Shown here piece by piece: positions 8,013 to 16,222 of a stretch of 24,259 bases of DNA (the first letter of the stretch is position 1; the number at the start of each line of letters is the position of its first letter). A program made the position numbers and the translations under genes. This DNA is from Gemmatales bacterium (GTDB taxonomy: Bacteria; Planctomycetota; Planctomycetia; Gemmatales; Gemmataceae), in assembly GCA_038240465.1 (NCBI GenBank), contig JBBSDR010000001.1, positions 1 through 24,259 on the forward strand, written 5' to 3'. The notes under the pieces were generated by a model, which saw only the letters and a list, made by a program, of their open reading frames with translations, was not told the DNA's origin and made no database searches.

Positions 8013-8414
8013 ATGGATGCAATAACGCAGTCGCGCCGGCACGCCTTCGACCGGTGGTGGTCTTGCAGTCGGCCATTCCCGTCTCTTCATCTCTCTCAAT
8101 CGAAGGAACAGAGCCTGTACCCGATCCGCACCCTGGCATGCCCACTCTGCGACATTGTCGTCGAGCGGCTGGAAGGGCTGGAACTCGCACTGCAACAACT
8201 GACTGACCTGTTCCGCGACAGCATCGCTGCGGTCATCGGCATTCATGTAGGCGATGCCATCAGCGACGCCGTCGGCGCCGCTCTCGATCGTCGCCCGCCC
8301 GATGTGGATGACAAAGATCAGAACGAGTTCTATGGGGAACGCTTCCCGTACAGCCAGCACAGCTTCGAGGATGGTCGTCAGAGCTGGCACGATCCCGAGC
8401 CGATGGAGCGCTGA
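8013..8414 (+). CDS. hypothetical protein, possibly a fragment
   Basis: The 3' half (CPLCDIVVERLEGLELALQQLTDLF..) looks coding; the 5' half does not. No family recognised. Confidence 0.3.
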   Translation: MDAITQSRRHAFDRWWSCSRPFPSLHLSQSKEQSLYPIRTLACPLCDIVVERLEGLELALQQLTDLFRDSIAAVIGIHVGDAISDAVGAALDRRPPDVDDKDQNEFYGERFPYSQHSFEDGRQSWHDPEPMER

Positions 8415-8470
8415 CGCGGTCCGCAGCGGAACGCTCCGACAGCCGCGCCTCGCCCGCTGCCGTTGGGTCC

Positions 8471-8675
8471 GCCGACGCGGCATGGGTTGGGCTAGTTGCG
8501 GGAGCCGTTGCTGGCCGCGCTGGGGATTGGGAAGGCAGCAACCCTGGCGGTGCTGCTGGTTAGCCCGCTGGCCGGTGTCCTGACCGGCTTGTCGGGCGTC
8601 GTCCTCCTGATGCTCCGGCTGGCGGAGAATGCCCGCGAGACCTGTGACGCTGCGAGGGACCTCGTCGGTCCGTAG
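8471..8675 (+). pseudogene. frameshifted membrane-protein 3' remnant
   Basis: ADAAWVGLVAGA in one frame continues as LLAALGIGKAATLAVLLVSPLAGVLTGLSGVVLLMLRLAEN..P-TAG (8673-8675) after a frame change near 8507. Confidence 0.3.
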
Positions 8676-8811
8676 CCCTAATACATTCGCACCGACTCCA
8701 GGTCAACCCCTCGGGTTCTCCTCGACGGGCTGACCTGCTGTCGGGGTATCCGTTCCGTCCGACGGATCCCAGAGCCCGTCCACGAGACAACCGGATGCCT
8801 GCCCGCTCGCA

Positions 8812-9997
8812 TCATTTGCCAGGACGTCTCCGGGGGAACAGTGCCTGCAACTCCTGCTTGTATCCCTGACGATACCCGGCATTCCAGTCCACTGATTTCG
8901 AGGCATCGGTCGGGATCAGGTCCAGGGCGTTTACCAATTCCCCAGCCGTCCTGGCCGCTAATCCTTGCCTGTTCAGTTCGCGCACATCCTGAACCCCCTT
9001 CCGATAGCCCTGCGCGTAATCGCTGAAGAAGTAGGGATACACGAACAACAAACCGACACCGAGGAAAACGAAGATCCAGAAGCCCCAGCCAGAGCTCCAG
9101 GTCCGCTTCTGATTCTTCTCCAGCTGTTCCTGATGCCTGCGAGCGGTGCGCTGCCAATCCCGCCACCGGAACTTCTCCGCGTGAGGGGAGGGGTCGGCGA
9201 AGCCGTGCAGCAGACAGGCTGTCCGGATCCGGTTCCGGACCACCTGGAACACTACATATCCGATCGCGGCAGCGAACAGAGTAACCATGACCACCGTCCC
9301 GAATGATGTCCCTCCCTTCTCGCGAACGAGCAAGCCGCAGGCATACCAGATGGCAATGCCGACCCACCATCCCCACGACCGCCCCGTCTCGACCGCATTG
9401 GTGGAGATCGCGTCCATCTCACGTTCCAGGTAATACTGCTCATTAGTCTCACGCAGGGGGCGCTGACAGCCGCGGCACGTTGCATCGCTGGCGGTCGATA
9501 GCAGGTTGAACGTGCCGCACACGCCGCAGGGCGCCCCATCCGCACCGGCCTTCGTCCAACTCGGCTGGGGCTGGCCGCAGTGAGGGCAGGTCGTGAGCCC
9601 GTCGGCGAGTAAGCTCCGGCATTTTGAGCAGGGGACGAGGAGGGTCGCGAGGGGTGGCGGAAGGGGGGTGGCCGGGCGTGAAGGGGGACGGGACACCACA
9701 GCGGGGGGGGACACGCCGCCACAGATTCCATCGGAACCCAGGTCGTCGCTCCCCTCTGCAGAACCATCGTCCCAGGGGGAGGGTCCCCTCGGCCACCAGA
9801 CCCTGCAAGGTGTTCAGCGAGACGGGGCCGCGCTTCTCGCCGTTCCAGGGGTAATACCAGCTGTCTTCCGGATGCGGCGGCGTCGGGGCGACCATCATCA
9901 AGCCGCATCCCGGGCAACTGAACTGCCCCGTCGGCGGAATCCTGTCGGCCGCCAACAGCGTCTTGCAGGACGGACACGACAAAGAGGCGGCAGCCAT
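8812..9997 (-). CDS. Zn-finger + GYF_2 (DUF4339) + double Zn-ribbon membrane protein, two frameshifts
   Basis: GAGGA RBS and ATG 9997. Pieces lie in three frames: MAAASLSCPSC..CPGC..SWYYPWNGEKRGPVSLNTLQGLVAEGTLP / PGTMVLQRGATTWVPMESVAAC / PPAVVS..CSKC..CPHC..CGVC..CRGC..3 TM. Shifts fall at G5 (9775-9779) and G8 (9703-9710). One added base at each gives 395 aa. Confidence 0.75.
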
Positions 9998-10199
9998 GGC
10001 GATGGTCCTCGTGATGAAACGCTGGTCGCAGCGGTCGCGCCGATCGATGGCGTTCTTTTCCATGGCTCATTACTTGTCTGCGAAGTTCTTTCGGCGGTGC
10101 AGCGGAGCCGCAAGGAGGAGGCCGAACTCGAACTCCGTCGTCCGCTGGCCGGGGTCAACCACTGCACGCCTCAGAACACCATCCGATGATGTCTAGCCG

Positions 10200-10255
10200 A
10201 GAAGGAGGAAGCCGAGGGCGGCCCGGACGGGCCGCTCGCGGAACCCTCCTTCTTT
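10200..10255. other. extended intergenic hairpin
   Basis: Outer stem agaaggagg (10200-10208) / cctccttct (10245-10253); inner stem gcggccc-ggac-gggccgc (10218-10235); followed by tt. Confidence 0.45.
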
Positions 10256-10626
10256 AGCCCTCAGTTCGTTACGATGGGGAAAAACAAGCCGACCGTGTTT
10301 CTCCATCTGTTTAGGGGACATGTGGGAGAGGCTGAGTCCTCAACAATGCGACACGGTGGTGTTTCTGCGTGCGCTGATCTCACTGCCAGCGGGCCTGGGT
10401 CGCCAGCGCCTGAAAGTGCGGCTACCAGGTACTGTCTACGACCCGTTGCAGAACCTTCTTCGACTCCACCGTTTTCTGGGCTGGTATGACTCGGTCCGGC
10501 CGGGAATCACATGTCCAATTTACTGTCTTCCCCGGTCTCACGAGGCTATGATGGCCCATTCGCGTCCGGATCGTTCCGGACGATGGACGACCAGTCTCTC
10601 CCGTCTTGTCTCGAATGGATGCCGCC

Positions 10627-11697
10627 ATGCGATCCCTCCTGACGACAGTCTTCTTTCTGGGTTCAATGATGAGTCTGCACGCTGACACCTTCGTTTACGT
10701 CTCGATGGCCCCCGAGCAGAAGATTCAGGTCTATCGGCTGGATTTGAAGGAAGGAAAGCTGACCGCAGTGGAGGCGGTCGCGGTCGAGGGGACGCCCGGT
10801 TCGCTCGCCATCGACCCGAAGAAGCAATTCCTGTTCGCTTCCCTCCGCAGCAACAGCACGCTGGCGAGCTTCCGTATCGACTCGACGACAGGCAAGCTGA
10901 AAGCCCTGAACACCGCCGCCCTGCCGAAGGGAGAGAATGCTGCCTTTGTCGGGACCGACCGCACCGGCCGCTGGCTGCTGTCGGCCTCCTACGCGGCAGG
11001 CAAGGTAGTGGTGCATCGGATCGATGACGAGGGAACAATCCAGACGCCTGCGGTTCAGACCGTGGAAACAGCGAAGACGGCTCACTCGATTGCGACTGAT
11101 CGCGAGAATCGGTTCGTCTTTGTCCCACACGTTACGCCCAACGCCGTTTTTCAGTTCCGCCTCGACAAGGCAACGGGAAAACTGACCGAAGCGCCAAGGG
11201 CGCCAGGTGGCATGGAGAAGGCAGGACCCCGGCACCTGGCCTTCCATCCCAGTCAGAACCTCGCGTTCACGTCAGACGAACAGGGCAACAGCATCACGGC
11301 TTACCGTTTCGATCCCTCTGCCGGACTGACGCCGGTACAGACTCTCTCGACGCTGCCGACGGACTTCAAGGACGCAAACACGACGGCCGAGGTGAAGGTG
11401 CATCCGAGCGGCAAGTTCGTCTGGGTCTCGAACCGCGGTCACGACAGCCTGGCCGGCTTCGCCATCGACGCCGAAACCGGCAAGCTCACGGCTCTGGGAC
11501 AGACAGCCACGGAGAAGACGCCGCGCTCGTTCGACATCGACCCCGATGGCAACTTCCTGTTCGGAGCCGGTGAGGGTTCCGGGAAGCTGGCCGTCTTTCA
11601 GATCAATTGCGAAACGGGCAAGCTGACGCGTCTGCACACTTACGAGGTCGGCAGGAGTCTGACCTGGGTGCTGGCCGTCAAGTTGGGCGGCAAGTGA
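10627..11697 (+). CDS. pgl: 6-phosphogluconolactonase / lactonase family 7-bladed beta-propeller with signal peptide
   Basis: Motifs TAHS, AGPRHLAFHPS, HPSGKFVWVSNRGHDSLAGF and TPRSFDIDPDG. N-terminal MRSLLTTVFFLGSMMSLHA resembles a signal peptide. Alternative start at 10615. Confidence 0.85.
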   Translation: MRSLLTTVFFLGSMMSLHADTFVYVSMAPEQKIQVYRLDLKEGKLTAVEAVAVEGTPGSLAIDPKKQFLFASLRSNSTLASFRIDSTTGKLKALNTAALPKGENAAFVGTDRTGRWLLSASYAAGKVVVHRIDDEGTIQTPAVQTVETAKTAHSIATDRENRFVFVPHVTPNAVFQFRLDKATGKLTEAPRAPGGMEKAGPRHLAFHPSQNLAFTSDEQGNSITAYRFDPSAGLTPVQTLSTLPTDFKDANTTAEVKVHPSGKFVWVSNRGHDSLAGFAIDAETGKLTALGQTATEKTPRSFDIDPDGNFLFGAGEGSGKLAVFQINCETGKLTRLHTYEVGRSLTWVLAVKLGGK

Positions 11698-11925
11698 TGC
11701 GAATCGGCAGTGGGCAACGAGTAGGGTGCGACGCCTTACCCAGCTCTGTCACAGGTGGATTGCTTCGCACCTTCGACTTCTGCCTTTTGGATCACCCTGA
11801 GCGTGACTTTGGCGATTGCGAAGCCTTGATGGAAAGTGACGCGACACGATGGGGAAAGATAATTGTCGCCGAACGCGCGTCGGTGTGGCGGACCGACGCG
11901 CGCAAAACGCCCGCGAGGTGACTTG

Positions 11926-11980
11926 ACCGGTGTGGTGGCAAGCGACGCGTGCCGGCTCGGTTCAAATCCAGTCGCCGGGG
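11926..11980 (+). other. tRNA-like fold lacking an anticodon arm (possible tRNA pseudogene)
   Basis: 6-bp acceptor-like stem ccggtg/cgccgg; TG at tRNA positions 8-9; short D-like arm; GGTTCAAATCC T-arm with canonical spacing. Only 8 nt where the anticodon and variable arms belong; no CCA. Confidence 0.25.
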
Positions 11981-12004
11981 ACAGGGTGATTTCCGATACA
12001 GAAG

Positions 12005-12121
12005 ATGGTGGAGACGCAGGAAGACATCGACGCGAAGCTGGAGAAGCTCCTCACGGCGAAGCAGAAAACTCGGATACGCCTCGACGCTCGCCACAGGCAA
12101 TCATTGAATATCGCAAAATAG
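12005..12121 (+). pseudogene. LTxxQ-motif protein remnant
   Basis: MVETQEDIDAKLEKLLTAKQK resembles the helical LTxxQ repeat unit. The frame is closed upstream by TGA and only 38 codons remain. Confidence 0.25.
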
Positions 12122-12155
12122 GCGCGTTTTTCTCGTTCCTCCGGAGGACCCCCCA

Positions 12156-12861
12156 ATGACCGCGGCAGAGATTGTCCAAGAACTCAAGCCGTTGGGCAGC
12201 GAGAAAATCAAGAAAGTGCTCCTGAAGCACGGCATCAAAGAACCCCTTCTTGGAGTGAAGGTAAAAGAATTGAAAAAGATCCAGAAACGGATCAAGAAGG
12301 ACTACCAACTGGCGCTCGATCTGTACGACACCGGCATCTACGACGCCATGTACCTGGCCGGCCTGATTGCCGACGATCTCAAGATGACCAGGAAGGACCT
12401 TCAGCACTGGGTTGACAAGGCGACGAGCCATGCGCTGTGCGGGTACACCGTGGCCTGGGTCGCGGCGGAGAGCCTGCATGGGTGGGAACTGGCTCTGGAA
12501 TGGATCGAGTCCAGGAAGGAGCATGTGGCCGTCACCGGCTGGGCAACGCTCAGCAGCCTGGTGGGGATCAAAGACGATGCCGAGTTCGATCTGGGGGAAT
12601 TGAAGCGACTGCTGCTGCGCGTTCAAAAGACACTCCCCAAGGCACCGAACCGCGTTCGTCATGCCATGAACGGCTTCGTGATTGCCGTCGGCACCGACGT
12701 GCAGCCGCTCACGGATGTCGCCCTGCAAACCGCCCTGAAGATCGGCGCGGTATCGGTGGACGTCGGCGACACGTCATGCAAGGTTCCGTATGCGCCCGAG
12801 TACATCGAAAAAGTCCAGAAAAAAGCACTGTCGCAAAAAGCGGAAAACGGCGAAGTGCTGA
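12156..12861 (+). CDS. DNA alkylation repair protein (AlkD-like HEAT repeat), frameshifted near the C-terminus
   Basis: GGAGGA RBS. LLGVKVKELKKIQK..LALDLYDTGIYDAMYLAGLIAD..RVRHAMNGFVIAVG..SCKVPYAPEYIEK. The family-type ending KRKTAKC-TGA (12859-12861) is in the +1 frame; the ORF-track extension to 13046 follows from that shift. Confidence 0.85.
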
Positions 12862-13014
12862 GCCGGCCGTTTCGTTTTCCGCTCGCACTTCATACCATCA
12901 CCGTGACGCATCCAGCCTGGATTATGCGTATCGGGAACTGTCGCCCCGGCTCAGTCGAGCCACGCGGAACAACGGAATACCATTCATCGAACGGAACTAT
13001 CATCGGAGCGAGCC

Positions 13015-15783
13015 ATGCCCCTGCAAATGCGCTGCACTTCCTGTGACGCGGACTTCAAGGTGCGCGAAGATCTCGTAGGAAAGAAGGTCCGCTGTCCCCA
13101 GTGCAAGGAACCAATCCTCGTTACTGCCTCGAAACAACCCAAAGCCCCCGACAAGCCCCCATGTCGATCTCGCAGCGAGGAGAATGAACGCGACGAGCCA
13201 ATCCCTTCTTCACGGAAGCGAAACCTGCTTATCGGCGCGGGGGTGGGCGGCGCACTCCTGATCGCGTTGATCGTGGTGGTAGTCGTCGTCAACTCCAAAG
13301 ACGACAAGGACACAAAGCCCCCCCCTCCTGTCGTCGATGCCAGGAAGGACCAATCAAAGAAGGACGCCGATAAGAAAGACGCCGACAAGAAGGATCGGAA
13401 AGACAAGAAAGATGCCGACAGGAAGGACGCCGATAAGAAGGACGCCGACAAGAAGGATGACAAGGGAAAAATCGAGCCATTCCAGGTCGCTCGCTGGGAG
13501 CTTAAACCCGATCCCGGCGCGGACATGAGCAAGGGAAAGGAGGCCCCAGCCCAGACGGAGTTCTTCAAGAAAGGCATGGGGGGGATTTATCTCCTCTGGC
13601 CGGATTCTCCAAGCCCCTACACGGTGGCCATCCACGATAAGTGGTATCGCGTCGATACACAGACCGGCGAGTACAGCGGATTCACCTTCAACTCCATTCC
13701 TCAGGGAACGACTGCCAGCGCCGATTGCAAGCATGTCGCCGTCCGCAAGAAAGACGGCGAGAAATGGTCCATCCTGATCCACTCGACGACGGACGGCAAG
13801 GAAGCGGGATGCGTCGAATCGACCGACCATCGCATTATCGTCCATGCCTTCGGCCCGTCCGGACAGTACCTGGTCCGCAAGGAACCGAAGAAGGGGAGCG
13901 CGCCCTGGATCTATGAAGTCTGGGACTTTGTCGGCGGGAAGAAACTGGTCGATTTCTCCCCTGTCAGCGCAAGGAACGAGGCGAGTGCCAGAGAAGTGCG
14001 CGCCTTCAGCCCCGGCAGGCGCTACTTTGTCGAGGCCGCTTACGAGATTATCCGCCTTATCGACCTCACGACCGGAAAGGAAGTCGGCCGGATCGAGAAT
14101 GTGCCGCGCGACCAGGTCGAGGCGGCCTTTTTCTCGCCGGATGGCAGCGAGTTCACCATCTATCTCGCGGATCGGCGCGTCCTGAGCTGGGATGTGAGTA
14201 CGGGGAAAAACAGCGTCGACTTCAAGTTTCACACCGACCCGAAGACCCTGGGCGAGTTCGCTTATGCGTACAAAGGCCCGATCTTGCAGTGGTTGCCCGA
14301 CAACAGCGGATGGCTCCTTTATGGCCGAACGATCATCGACCGGGCCACGCATTCGGTGATCTACGAACAGAAAAAACCGGCCGACCAGGGACGCCTCGTG
14401 AGTCAGTACCACCTGTTCGGCTGCACCGACACGACGGGACTCCGCTACGACGTCCTGCCGAGGGACGCCATCCTCGCCAGCATGAAGGAAACTGCCGAGA
14501 AGCGCGGGCCGCTGCTCACGGAGTTTCCTGCCCCGACGATGGGAGACCTGTCGGCCGTCCGCGAGTTGAAGAAGCCTGGCGACGGCGCGACAGCCTGGCA
14601 GATGAAGCCAAAACCGCTGCCGAAGCCCGACAGGAATCACACCGACGCGGCGATCCTGCTGAAGGGAACATACAAACGAGCCGACATTCGCAAGGTCCTC
14701 TTCCCCCGCGATGTCCCAACCCAGGTACTCGTCGCTGTCGTCAGCGGGAAGAATCGGACGTTCTGTGTCGATCGCTTCGACCTCACGACCGGCAACCAGG
14801 TCGAGCGGGTCGAGCTGTGTCCTGCCGGGGCCATTGAGAAGATCGACGCGTTCGGCGCCACCCTGGAGAAACTGCTCCTCGACGTCAGCCCGGACGGCCG
14901 CCGGTTACTGGTCTGTTCCGACCACCGTTCCTTCGAGCGCAGCCGGGTCGATGTGTTCTCCTTGAAGGACTCCAAACACCTCTGCGGCTGGGTGGTTCAT
15001 CCCGAAGGGTATCCGGGACGCAAGGCGGGTGTGATCGAGGCACAATTCGCCGGCAACGATCATGTCCTGACCTGTCTCTACTACGGCCGGATCAACCTGT
15101 GGAGCGTTCCCGACTGCAAGGCCGTTTACAAGCTGGACGGCTACGAGGGTGGCATCCACGTGTACCCGGCGGGCGACTACTTCTTCGCCTGCAACGGCAA
15201 GACGCTCGACGTGCTGGAGACGATGAGCGGGGAGCCACGCGGCCGGCTTGAATACCCCCAGAAGACGGTGGGGACGTTCATCGAGGGGCATTGCAGCGCC
15301 GACGGTACACGCCTCATTGCCCGGATCAAGGAAGTGGGCATCAACGGCGCTTTTCATGTCGCCTGGTGGGACCTGACGAAGGGTTCCTTCGGAGAGGCCA
15401 GCGACCTCTTCACCGACACGAAGGACCTGCACTGGATCAGCAACGACTTCTACTGGACGGGGACCGATATTGCTTCGCCGAAGGTGAAGCAGCACATACG
15501 CAGTTTTCCTCGGTCGTTCCAGGTGCCAACGGGGGTCGGCCCGGACGGTCGGCACTGGGTGATTCGTACCAAGGAGGGGACGCAGGACCAGGTAGAACTG
15601 ATCGCGCTAACGTTTCCCGATGCCGAGCTGGAAGAGCTTGCCAGGGCGGTACAGAGCGGTCCGTTCACGGTCGAACGAACCAGCAGTCCGGCGATTATAC
15701 CTGGCACGTTTCGCATCAACGCGGCCGGCGGCAAGACGTTTGACGTCCCGCTGAAGTCAACGAAGTGGCCTGATGGCAAGTGA
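13015..15783 (+). CDS. Zn-ribbon, single-TM, WD40-like beta-propeller protein
   Basis: 922 aa: MPLQMRCTSC..KVREDLVGKKVRCPQCK (MJ0042-like Zn ribbon), TM LLIGAGVGGALLIALIVVVVVV, KKDAD linker, then repeated (F/V)SPDG..W(D/S) blades. Confidence 0.85.
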   Translation: MPLQMRCTSCDADFKVREDLVGKKVRCPQCKEPILVTASKQPKAPDKPPCRSRSEENERDEPIPSSRKRNLLIGAGVGGALLIALIVVVVVVNSKDDKDTKPPPPVVDARKDQSKKDADKKDADKKDRKDKKDADRKDADKKDADKKDDKGKIEPFQVARWELKPDPGADMSKGKEAPAQTEFFKKGMGGIYLLWPDSPSPYTVAIHDKWYRVDTQTGEYSGFTFNSIPQGTTASADCKHVAVRKKDGEKWSILIHSTTDGKEAGCVESTDHRIIVHAFGPSGQYLVRKEPKKGSAPWIYEVWDFVGGKKLVDFSPVSARNEASAREVRAFSPGRRYFVEAAYEIIRLIDLTTGKEVGRIENVPRDQVEAAFFSPDGSEFTIYLADRRVLSWDVSTGKNSVDFKFHTDPKTLGEFAYAYKGPILQWLPDNSGWLLYGRTIIDRATHSVIYEQKKPADQGRLVSQYHLFGCTDTTGLRYDVLPRDAILASMKETAEKRGPLLTEFPAPTMGDLSAVRELKKPGDGATAWQMKPKPLPKPDRNHTDAAILLKGTYKRADIRKVLFPRDVPTQVLVAVVSGKNRTFCVDRFDLTTGNQVERVELCPAGAIEKIDAFGATLEKLLLDVSPDGRRLLVCSDHRSFERSRVDVFSLKDSKHLCGWVVHPEGYPGRKAGVIEAQFAGNDHVLTCLYYGRINLWSVPDCKAVYKLDGYEGGIHVYPAGDYFFACNGKTLDVLETMSGEPRGRLEYPQKTVGTFIEGHCSADGTRLIARIKEVGINGAFHVAWWDLTKGSFGEASDLFTDTKDLHWISNDFYWTGTDIASPKVKQHIRSFPRSFQVPTGVGPDGRHWVIRTKEGTQDQVELIALTFPDAELEELARAVQSGPFTVERTSSPAIIPGTFRINAAGGKTFDVPLKSTKWPDGK
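13357..13464 (+). repeat. imperfect 15-bp coding tandem repeat (KKDAD)n
   Basis: Units aagaaggacgccgat / aagaaagacgccgac / aggaaggacgccgat encode KKDADKKDADKKDRKDKKDADRKDADKKDADKKDDK. Confidence 0.8.
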
Positions 15784-16053
15784 TGCCAGAACGCCGAGGC
15801 CGACAAAGGTTGGCGGAGGTTCTCATGGCCGCACTGTCGCGCGCGTCGGTCTTATCGACCGCGGCGTGTCGGACCGGAGCACATGAGGTTGTGGCGCATC
15901 TGCGTTATGCCGCATCTGCCGGCGAACCTTGTAGTCAGTTGAGGTTCCAATGGTGGGGAGAGCGAGGGGGGTTGTGGGCCAGCACTCCCTCTGTAGTTGC
16001 CACATGGCACGCAACTCGTTTTTCCGGCGCAAGGGCAACCCCATCAAGGGGAC

Positions 16054-16081
16054 AGTTGTGTGCCATGCGTGGCACACAACT
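16054..16081. repeat. 12-bp perfect inverted repeat, with a related copy at 15995-16016
   Basis: agttgtgtgcca-tgcg-tggcacacaact. The upstream copy ends tggcacgcaact, 11/12 identical to this right arm. Confidence 0.6.
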
Positions 16082-16222
16082 CAACCCAATCCCGGAGAGC
16101 AGGAAACGGGTCAGGTCAGATTTTGACCGCAAGCGGAGGGAAAGCGGGCTAAAACCGAACCTGGCCCCTTTGATTCTGCAGTCCCGCGAACCAGTGGAGT
16201 GGCAGTCACGCCCGCTGCTCGC

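Noticed and set aside
10439-10458. GACCCGTTGCAGAACC resembling an IS terminal repeat
   Set aside because: No partner inverted copy or transposase found in the window.
11874-11902. 11-bp hairpin cgcgcgtcggt/accgacgcgcg as a terminator
   Set aside because: The stem is real but has no U-tract on the 3' side in either orientation, so its function is unsupported.
12862-13046. C-terminal extension of the repair protein shown in the ORF track
   Set aside because: Explained by the frameshift at 12825-12833; it overlaps the next gene.
16005-16085. sigma54 promoter at the TGGCAC motifs
   Set aside because: The -12 TTGC element is missing at the required spacing in every copy and on both strands.
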